A DNA stretch of 64,000 nt from Octopus sinensis (taxonomy: Eukaryota), in assembly GCF_006345805.1 (NCBI RefSeq), contig NC_043008.1, positions 54,870,001-54,934,000 on the forward strand, read 5' to 3'. Below the pieces are notes generated by a model. It did not search any database. It was not told the DNA's origin and saw only the letters and a program-made list of their open reading frames with translations. Shown here in pieces: positions 53,918-64,000 of this stretch (the first letter of the stretch is position 1; each line of letters starts with the position of its first letter). Position numbers and translations under genes: made by a program.

Positions 53918-53953
53918 CTTTCTGTAGAGGAGCGTAGGCTCGAAACGTAAAAG
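53918..53953 (+). ncRNA. Minimal type I hammerhead, A6U variant
   Basis: cttt CTGTAGA g gagc gtag gctc GAAA cg TA aaag. Confidence 0.55.
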
Positions 53954-54329
53954 ACTCTTTCTATTCCTGAGCGTTATACTAATACATCTGTTTGTTTTGT
54001 ACACCACCTGTCTTCGTCTTTTGTTTTTTCGTGAATTCTCCCTATATTTATATATAACCGAGAAAAAGAGAACAAATTTCAAAGGTTAGTGTTCACATTC
54101 ACGCAATATATTTCAAAGCATCGGAATACTCTACACCATACATAGGTGCATTCATATATATATATATATGAAGAACCCCAACCCCACCCGAGCATCAGAA
54201 CCGACACCATAATAGAAGATACTATAATTCATTTAATTATTATAATAATAACTAACTGGTCAGAGTAGAAAGAACTGGGTGAGGAAACGGGAAATTATCT
54301 GGTTTACCCCTCTTTTTTTCCCTCCAGGT

Positions 54330-55010
54330 CAGTAGCCTCCCTAAATTATTTTTTAGGATTATTGACGGAAAATTTCCATTAAGCCATAAATATCATGCCA
54401 TCTTTAATAGGTTCTGCCTTAAATTATCGTACTCAATTACGCCCAATCTGGGATCTATAATTGCGGCCAATAATTGATGAAAACTTAGAAATAATGGCAT
54501 CGATAGACATGACAATATAGCTGGTCTCAATATGAGTAATAAAAAGAATTCTGTTATTAAAAATACAAAGCGAAGCATGGAAATAAAACATATAATTGCC
54601 GTAACCGGGATTTATGTCTCTTAAAGGGACTCTGTTTAAGGAGAAATGTCGTATATAAAGTTGAGGTTTCAGCCCTTAATGAATCAAAGAGGATATACAT
54701 AGGAAGTACGGCTGACTTTAAGACTAGATATAGGGTGCACACAAATTCATTTATTAATCAAGAAGTAAAACAAAACAAAAAAATAAACACAACCGCACTA
54801 GCTACCCACATTAATAAATTAAAAACGGCAATAAAGTATTCAGCCTGGATTGGTCTATTATAACGGAAAACACACCATACAATACACACACCAGAAATTG
54901 TAAATTATGCACAAAAGAAGCGATCAATATACTATGTGCTGACAAAAAACTTTATTTAATAAGATCTCAGATGATATTATTCTTTGTAGACATAAATATT
55001 TATCAACTTT
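54330..55010 (+). pseudogene. Penelope-like element, linker plus GIY-YIG endonuclease remnant
   Basis: FPLSHKYHAIFNRFCLKLSYS.TPNL, VVYKVEVS...RIYIGSTADFKTRYRVHTNSF, TALATHI and NCKLCTKEA. Confidence 0.8.
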
Positions 55011-55262
55011 AAATTTTTTTTTCCAAAAATAATAGGTTTATAAGATTTTAATTTGCTTATTCTTTGTGCATTTAGATTCATCTTAAAACACTACTACCTA
55101 TAGCTTCATAATCTATTTAAACATGTAATTTTAGCTCTTATTATATCATCCGCCTAAACAGTAACTATCGACGCAACATTGGCGTAGGTTTGTAATATTT
55201 GTGGATATTTTGCTGAATTTACACTGTTGGATTGTTAAGTTGTTGAACATTTATTATTCTGC

Positions 55263-57460
55263 TTGGGGCAGTCCTTTGTCAACGTTTATCCCCTTGTGCG
55301 AAGGGGGAAAATATTGTTATATTTTGTGAAAAAACAAAACACTAAGGATAAATCTCCAATCAAACTGAAAACTAGTAATGAACCTGCTACAAGTTCAAGT
55401 TCATGGAAGAAAACCAAAAATACAGAAAATATCACAGGATTAAAAAACATTCCATCCGCAGAGGAGTTCATGCAAGGAGGAAAAGGAAGTAATTTTGCAG
55501 AAGCATCCACTGTTTCAAAAATGCCAATAAACTGTGGGAAAGACGAATTAGGAAAATATAAAGGAATGTCGAAAGGGGAGGGGAGCGAAACTGTGATCAC
55601 CCTTCCCACTGAAACCACTCATAATGCACTAAGGTGTACAGTTATCTACAAGTCGTTCGTTGTAAAAGCATAAAAACTGGACAACGCTAGGAGACGGTGG
55701 AGCTGTGCCTCCGTCCGGTTTGGAATGATGTGACATACATCAAACGAGGTGTGAGGTATGCCACAATAGAAGTCAAGTTTAAATCGGAGGAGACGAAACA
55801 AAGGTCGACGGATAAAAAAACTGCAGAAGTGGTACTCCTACCTAGTTATCTTTGAAGGCGGACTTTCAAGATTAAGTAAGAGACATCCCACCCGAGGTAG
55901 ACCCCACTTGGCTGGTGACGTCCGTATTATACGGCTTGAAGGATAAAATTACAATCCTCCAAGCCTCAGCACTGGAATTTCAAAATTGGCAGGGGTAAGG
56001 ACTAGGGATGATCATACAAGCTGCCCCTGACGATATAGAAAACATTATAGATTCTATACAGGTGGTGGAGACTAATCTGAGAGTTATGGTAGATGAGAGG
56101 AAGCCCCGCTGCTACAATGTGGCCAAAAAGGCCAAATTAATCCTGAGTGTCAGCCTCCCCCTGAAAAAGCAGCGATTCCCTCACCTGGCGTAAAATAAAA
56201 ATAAAAACAAAAGAAAACAGAAGACCCAAGTGAAGAAACATCTAAAAATGAAACAGAATTAGGAAATGGAAGGAGCCAAAGGTAAAGGGTGGGAGATATT
56301 CTCCAGAAAAAAAGGAAACGATTCAACCCCACTAGCCCTACAACAAAACAAAAAACCAGCAACCAACAGAACACACAACTACCAAAAAGTCCCAGACTAA
56401 AATGTTCCCCTCTCATCTAGACATAGATGGCACTGAAGTTGTGACGACGAACAAGTCACTACTGCAGCAATTAAAAAACGTGCCCAATGCTGATAACATT
56501 ACAAAAAACTTTGAGGGGAAAAACATCCTCAAAACTATATTTGAAATAGACAGGGCTAACAAAAATATGTTAGCAAATCGTTTTAAAAATGACATAGGCC
56601 CTCTGAGGAAAGACTTTTCCCCACTAATGTTTGGGGGCCTAGTCAACGACACCTTACAAGTCCCGGACGAAAAACCAAAATAATGAGATGGTAGTGCAAC
56701 CCATCTCTAACACTTTATGTTGGTTGTTTAAATGCCTCGCCGCCTGGGGGCAGAATGGCAGCGAGGTCGTTTCGTGAATGATCTCAAGTCGCATAGGATG
56801 GATATAGTGGTTGCCACAGATTACAGTTTGAGTAGTCAACGGAGTATTCCACCCTCCTAAATGGTTACAAGAAATTTATTTATCCATGCCTACTTGGAGG
56901 AGGGAGAGGTGTCGCTGTGTTGCTCAGAAAAAAAGCTGGATTTAGAGGCAAGAACTATCTTCATCGACCCGAAAATTAGATTGGTCGTCCTTGATCAGCG
57001 GTAAGCAGTGGTAAGGTGTTCAGGCTGGTAGCTGTCTACGCTCCCACGAGATCCGAAAAGGGTGATTTTTTTGGAAGCTTGGAAAAATTCTTGGAGAAGT
57101 TCACACCATAGTAATGCTAGGTGACTTTAACGTAGTCTGCGATACACGCATAGATTATGTTGGCCCGTATACTGACAGGAGGGGAAACCCGCGCTTCAAT
57201 AATCTGCTCAGTCGGTTTCAGCTGGCAGAAGGGTACTGACCAGATGACCCAGACGCTCCATTGTGGACATGTACTAATAGCGATGGGTGATCTAGATCTT
57301 ATTTAGACAGGATTCTAATTAGAAAAATAGATAAAAATAGATAAAAACCTAGTTAGTCGTCCACAAGTTCCCTATGTCGGCCACAGTGATCACAAATTTG
57401 TGACCTGTAGACTGGACTTAGATAAGTTACGTAGACATGTATCCGGCTACTAGAAACTCG
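55263..57460 (+). pseudogene. Tx1/L1-like LINE 5' part (decayed ORF1 plus ORF2 APE)
   Basis: ORF1-like Lys-rich remnants are followed by APE motifs RLVAVYAP, MLGDFN, SYLDRILI and SDHKFV, with stops and frameshifts. Confidence 0.75.
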
Positions 57461-58040
57461 ATGTTGGTGTGGGACAAGCACAGACACTCAAATATATACA
57501 TCGGGGTCGATAAAATTAGTACCAGTTACGCACTGAGGTCGATGTAATCGACTTAATCCCTTCGCCCGGATTTGAGGCCTTGTGCTTCCAGTAGAAAGGA
57601 TTTATTAAGTATTTATCTAATTGTTCAGTGTGCCATTAGAAACCGAGACGGTGCCTGCATTGGGTGATGGTACACCAAATTCATTGAAGTAGAAGCTGTT
57701 TTAGTAGCGAAACAAAGGCAGAAAGGACATGCAAGTTGTCAGTTAGTCTGATGCCTTAGTTCTGTTTGTAAATGTATGTCCGCCAATGAAATCGACTTAT
57801 TGTCTTGTTTTGTGTTATCTATTTATTGATGCAAACTAGGAAATGAATATAGCAGCAGAATATAGTCTCAGAGATGCAAATAGTAAAGTATGAGTTCTGA
57901 TGGAACCTAACAGATGGCCAGCATATTCATTGTTCTTCAAGCAATTAACACAAATAAATACTTTCATTTCAGATGTATGTATGTATATATGTACGTATGT
58001 GCATTATTCTTACACACACATACACAAAAATACGAACAAT

Positions 58041-58445
58041 AGGAGTGGCTGTGTGGTAAGAAGCTTGCTTACCAACCGCATGGTTCCGGGTTCACTCCCA
58101 CTGCGTAGCACCTTGGGCAGGTGTCTTCTGTATTAGCTTCGGTCCGACCAAAGCCTTGTGAGTGGATTTGGTAGACGGAAACTGAAAGAAGCCCGTCGAT
58201 TATATGTATTTTTATATGTGTATGTGTGTCTATATGTTTGTGTGTCTGTGTTTGTCTCCCCAACATCGCTTGACAACCGATGCTGGTGTGTTTATGTCCC
58301 CGTAACTTAGCGGTTCGGCGAAAGAGACCGATAGAATTAAGTACTAGGCTTACAAAGAATAAGTCTTGGAGTAGGTTTACTCGACTAAAAGGTGGTGCTC
58401 CAGCATGGCCACAGTCAAATGCCTGAAACAAGTGAAAGAGAGTAA
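58041..58445 (+). mobile_element. SINE family A, full length
   Basis: Same structure as 44153. Confidence 0.85.
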
Positions 58446-59283
58446 AGGGAGTCTCACTTTGTTCATTTATAGCAGTGGACTTAAAGCAACATGCATGTTT
58501 TAACTAAGATCTGTTAAACAACAGAATATATTCCTTTAACAAAGAAACTCATGGATAACTGCAACAATACAGAGAATCTGAAAACGCATTCCTTATCTTA
58601 TTGTTCGTCTTTCTGCAATAATCGTTCCTCCAACTGTTGTCGTCCAGGTGGATTTTAATTTCGCTGCTGCCGGTGCTGTTGTTGTTATATTTATTATTGT
58701 TGTTACAACACCTGTTCTTTCCTGCACAGACTGGTTTTGACCTCATTAGATTCTAAGCTAACCACTTTAGAATAAAACATTCACCATTTAAATACTGCCG
58801 GTAACGTTATACTTTTCTTTACATATTCTGTTTAGTCATACTGTTATAAGTCGCAACATATTCATTGTTCTTCAAGCAATTAACACAAATAAATACTTTC
58901 ATTTAAGATGTATGTATGTATGTATGTATGTATGTATGTATGTATGTATGTATGTATGTATGTATGTATGTATGTATGTATGTATGTATGTGTGTATGTA
59001 TGGGTGTATGTATGTATGTATGTATGTATGTATGTGTGTATGTATGTATGTATGTATGTATGTATGTATGATGTATGTATGTATGTATGTATGTATGTAT
59101 GTGTATGTATGTATGTATGTATGTATGTATGTATGTATGTGCAGCTATTCGTGCACACACGCATGCATATGTTTATATACATACATATACCTACACACAC
59201 ATACATGCACCCCCACACAAACAAACACACATATATACATTCATATATACATACATACATGCATACATACATACGTATATATA

Positions 59284-59350
<67 letters not shown>

Positions 59351-59357
59351 ATATAAA

Positions 59358-59660
59358 GACTCCGCCGGTTACGACGACGATCAACAGAACAGCTTGCTCG
59401 TGAAATTAACGTGCAAATGGCTGAGCATTCCACAGACACGTGTACCCTTAACGTAGTTCTCGGGGATAATCAGCGGGACACAGAGAGTGACAAGGCTGAC
59501 CCTTTGAAATACAAGTACAACTCATTTTTGCCAGCTGAGTGGACTGGAGCAACGTGAAATAAAGTGTCTTGCTCAAGGACACAACGCGTCGCCGGGAATC
59601 GAACTCACAACCATACGATCATGAGCCGAATGCCCTAACCACTAAGCCACGCGCCCTCAC
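59358..59660 (-). mobile_element. SINE family C head with tail Y
   Basis: C-type head joined to the tail seen at 35499 and 51287. Confidence 0.85.
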
Positions 59661-59679
59661 TATATATATATATATATGG

Positions 59680-60225
59680 TGGCTGCCCCCTCGTTATCGA
59701 GTATGGCCATTGCACGAATTTAATCAATGTTGTTATCATGCAATGCCTGTGCAAGATTTTTTTTAAAGTGAGGAAAGGCTGTGCACTGAGTCGATCCCAC
59801 CCACTAAGCAACAGCAGCCATAATCCGAAAAGAAGAACAAGTCAACATCATCGGTAACCACTGAGCCGCATGTTTTATGTCGGAGTTATCCCAGTTACCT
59901 GAGTTACCTTCTCCTAGAAGGATGCCCTAACAAAAGCTAGGAGTCCTTCACTCCCAATGGTTTAACCGCGCGATCGGGTATTCAGTCCGATTATTTCTAT
60001 GTCCCCGCGCATGATACAGCCTTAAGACATTTATTGGATGGCCGTTGACTCTCAAGAGTTCCTCCGTCCTTTGACGGGTTTTGTTTTTCATCCCGCAGGG
60101 TGTCCAATAAACACCCTCCTCACCAAGCAAGCTTGGTGGGGTTGCCGGTTTAGTCGCCGACAACCCAACCATGCAACAGGTTGTACTGGGTTACATGTTA
60201 CCAGTAGCACTCGAAAGTGACCTGA
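59680..60225 (-). mobile_element. Possible RTE-type LINE 5' UTR fragment
   Basis: ggcatccttctaggagaaggtaactc and ggcgactaaaccggcaacccc resemble RTE 5' UTR motifs as I recall them. No ORF. Confidence 0.3.
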
Positions 60226-61310
60226 CATAAATATATATATATAAAGAGACGAATTTGATAATATACTTAGAATATTTAAAAGGGTTTCTCAATTCCTTGG
60301 TTCTCAAAAGACGGAAATGTTATTAAAGTCCGACAGAAATTAATACAATGAGCAAAGAAATCATGGGGGTAGTAAGAGAACTCTTCTAAACTCACATTCC
60401 TAATTAGAACAGTAGAAAGAGATCAACGAGAGATTAAGCCGAACTCAACAAGCGAAGGTTAATCAAGCGTTACACCAGTTATGTAAAATTGTGGAATCAC
60501 TAATACTATAGAATCAGAACCAACATTGAGACCCCAAAGTAGACAACAACAGCATTTATCTACGACGACATAGATATTCAATCAGATCTCACAATTAGCA
60601 AACTTGTCACTTGGAAAACTACCAGCATGGCCTAGACGCCGCATGCTTCCCTTCTCAGCTCGAGCCAGCGGGGCTAGACCGCGGTGATGGTAGAAGGCCG
60701 GTCGGTGTAACAATTTTTCCCGTTCAGTGGCTGTAGGCCCCTCATCTGGGATATTATGACACCTTCTCTAATGGCAGCACTTTAGTGGCAGCACTCTTTG
60801 CAAACTTCAGTGAAAAATGGGACAATTTTGCACACTTTTGGAGAAAATTATGTGAAACAGAATTACTATTTGATAAGAAAAACATTGATACGTGAATTAT
60901 ATGAGATATAATGAATGACAACTCAACAAAAAGTACGGAGAAAGCATTGAACAAATTTTGCGATTATATATGCACCTTCTAATACAGGGATTCCCAACCA
61001 TTGTTTTATCCATGGATCCCTTTGGTTATAATTTTATTTTGGTTGGCCCCTATAAGCCTTTCGATGTTTAAAAACTGGTTTCACAGAAACTTCTTTCAAA
61101 GTTCCTATTTTGTTTTTCACACATTAGCTTCTGTAGGTTGAACTATGTGAAATGTTAGAGAAAGAAACCTAGATGTTTCTTGCAACATACACCAATGCAT
61201 ACATCTAAAGCAAATTTTTTCAGGGGCCCTTAAAATACTATTGTGGATCCCCAATTTACTATGTGTTTGTGAGCGTGAGTGAATATATGACTTTCCTGGG
61301 GGTTTTTTCT

Positions 61311-61345
61311 GTTTCCGAAGAAGAGCTTTGCTGGAAACGTTAAAC
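61311..61345 (+). ncRNA. Minimal type I hammerhead, decayed
   Basis: gttt CCGAAGA a gagc ttt gctg GAAA cg TT aaac, with U4C and C11.1G. Confidence 0.4.
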
Positions 61346-61468
61346 TATTACTCTTTTCTTTCTCTGAGCGTCTTATTAATACATTGCTTGTGCTACGTCC
61401 ACAAGTTCGTTCGCTTGTATTTTTCTTTTTCTCTGTGTTTTTTAATTGATTATATATATATATATATA

Positions 61469-61870
61469 GGCGCAGGAGTGGCTGTGTGGTAAGTAGCTTG
61501 CTAACCAGCCACATGGTTCCAGGTTCAGTCCCACTGCGTGGCATCTTGGGCAAGTGTCTTCTGCTATAGCCCCGGGCCGACCAATGCCTTGTGAGTGGAT
61601 TTGGTAGACGGAAACTGAAAGCCTGTCGTATATATGTATATATGTATATGTGTGTGTATGTGTTTGTGTGTCTGTGTTTGTCCCCCGAGCATTGCTTGAC
61701 AACCGATGCTGGTGTGTTTACGTCCCCGTCACTTAGCGGTTCGGCAAAAGAGACCGATAGAATAAGTACTGGGCTTACAAAGAATAAGTCCCGGGGTCGA
61801 TTTGCTCGACTAAAGGCGGTGCTCCAGCATGACCGCAGTCAAATGACTGAAACAAGTAAAAGGGTAAAGA
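61469..61870 (+). mobile_element. SINE family A, full length
   Basis: Head ggcgcaggagtggctgtgtggtaag, body and tail are present. Confidence 0.85.
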
Positions 61871-61882
61871 GTCTACGCATCC

Positions 61883-61914
<32 letters not shown>

Positions 61915-62831
61915 GTATAATAAATGAATAATAAATAATATATGTGTATATGTGTGTGTTTTAATTGAGTATTTGTCTTCCATCACCCTATGACAACTGG
62001 TGTTATACATACATACATGCATGTATGCATGCATATATGGGTACAGGACGTCACTGACTGCAAATAACATGAAATATGTAAACAACGGGGAAAATGGAAA
62101 ACAGGACAAGTAAACACATAGAAATGACCCTTCATCAGTTGTCGGCTGTCTATCTACTCCTCATTTCGAGCATTCAATGACAATATGAGTCTTATTATAA
62201 ATTCTATAATAAAATGTAGGATTTATGGAGAGTCGAAGTCGGGAATACCAAAATGACAGTTGAGGCATACAAGGACACCGAATGAAAACTAAAATGGAGG
62301 GTCGATAGACCAGAACGGTAGGAAAAGAGTGAACGCTCGTATGTATGCGTTTCGTGCCCAAGCATGGCAGCAGTCTGATGACAGAGACAAATAGAAGATA
62401 AAAGACCGATGATGTACGTTTGCATAACACTTCGTAGAGATGCAGGCGTGTACGTACGTGTGTCTGTGTATTGACTTACGCTGAGTTAATACTTAAAGTG
62501 GCATTTCATGTTTTATACATAAAATATACTAATTACTTTCTTATGTTCTATGATTTAAGACGGAGTGCAAACTCGTCATGCATAAATTCTATGATAATAT
62601 CACGTTTCAGATATTTTCCACGGAAATAATCTCCAGAAGATAATGTTGACTTCTATTAAATCAATCTGCCGCGTGTACTTTAATCGGTTGCTTGCAGATC
62701 TAATGTATCCTCGTATTTGTTTGTTGATCGTCTTTAGCATAACAACCCTCAGTTCCAACACTTTTATAAGTTTAGGTGTGTGATTAAGAAGCTCGCTTTG
62801 CAGCCAAGTACACACACACACACACACACAC

Positions 62832-62892
<61 letters not shown>

Positions 62893-63225
62893 ACATGAGG
62901 GAATATATTCCAAACTTACTGGGAAAAATTCAATTTAGAAATACTGAATCAAATTTCACAAAAATATAATATATATATATATTATATATTATATATATAT
63001 AAATCAGAAATTATTATTTTGCACATTACTTTCATCGTTATATTTTTATCTTATATTTAATATTTCTATAGTATGTAATTTTTTAGATGGTCTAATTCAA
63101 TTTTTCATTTTGAATAGATAAAAGGTGTTTTTTTTTCTAATTTATATATATATATATATAATTATATATATATATATATATATAATATATATTATGTGTG
63201 TGGGTGTGTGTGTGTTGTGTGTGTG

Positions 63226-63373
63226 AAATGTAATATGTGACAATTATTCGGTAGCCATGATAGCATTTTTCCGATGCCGGATAACTGAAGAGATGGCGAC
63301 GTGGATTTCCACCCCGACATCCGAAACTCGGAGTTTTGTTATCGCTACTGAATAATTGTCACATATTACATTT
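63226..63373. repeat. Fold-back with 30-bp arms enclosing a hammerhead
   Basis: 63226-63255 vs 63344-63373, one mismatch. Confidence 0.9.
63280..63343 (+). ncRNA. Type I hammerhead ribozyme
   Basis: gataa CTGAAGA gatg...catc c GAAA ctc g gag TT ttgttatc. Predicted cut after 63335. Confidence 0.65.
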
Positions 63374-63531
63374 ACAGATAATTCCTCTTTTTACGTAATC
63401 GAGGTCTCTTACATTCTTTTGTTGTCTTACCATTTCTATTAATATATATATATATATAATATATATATATATAATATATTATATATATAATATATAATAT
63501 ATATATATGTTGTGTATATATATATAATATA

Positions 63532-63574
<43 letters not shown>

Positions 63575-63608
63575 GTATATATATATATATGTGTATATAT
63601 ATATATAC

Positions 63609-63641
<33 letters not shown>

Positions 63642-63663
63642 ATATGTATATATGATAATATAT

Positions 63664-63712
<49 letters not shown>

Positions 63713-63865
63713 TATATTATATATTACGGAGATGTACCTGATAGCAAGTGATTTGATCTGAGATCGTGTGCTGAAACGAAAACAATTGCGGCGTGGAAGG
63801 TGTTGTAAGCCATTTAAGAAACACACAAAAAGCCGTTCGATTCACTTCAACATTAAGTTTAATTC

Positions 63866-63910
63866 GTCAAAATATTTTCGTCGCTTTAAGACCGCGACCT
63901 GTTCACTGAC
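63866..63910 (-). ncRNA. Minimal type I hammerhead with G3-C8 swap
   Basis: Minus strand reads gtca GTGAACA g gtcgc ggtcttaaa gcgac GAAA atat TT tgac. Confidence 0.6.
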
Positions 63911-64000
63911 AAAAACCCGTGCTGATATACATGTATATATATGTATATATATATATATATAGTATATATATATATAATATATATATATATTATATATATA

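Noticed and set aside
60985-61255. Possible hAT MITE (cagggattcccaacc start)
   Set aside because: A matching right TIR and 8-bp TSD were not found.

Overview
This is AT-rich, microsatellite-dense eukaryotic DNA whose repeats resemble those of Octopus (inferred from the tRNA-headed SINEs and repeat content, not from a search). No intact protein-coding gene is visible, and nearly all long ORFs in the track are microsatellite or SINE artefacts. The window holds four tRNA-derived SINE families (called A-D here), decayed mariner and maT DNA transposons, non-autonomous Helitrons, and fragments of Penelope-like (PLE), Tx1/L1-like, R4/Dong-like and Gypsy elements. A few possible small + strand exons are present, the best at 41878-41992. 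The main discovery is about 10 type I hammerhead ribozyme (HHR) motifs from at least 6 unrelated sequence families. Several sit in small non-coding fold-back elements next to (TA)n or (GT)n arrays. These include a 486-bp retrozyme-like monomer arranged as 1.15 direct plus 1.22 inverted copies with outward-facing HHRs (20174-21322), a 382-bp fold-back with two divergent HHRs (34213-34594), an HHR whose stem I can be sequestered by its own inverted repeat (63226-63373), and core variants (G3-C8 swap, A6U, U4C). SINE family D also forms multimers with a fixed self-complementary junction, which suggests a tandem or circular template. All structures were folded by eye and none has been tested.
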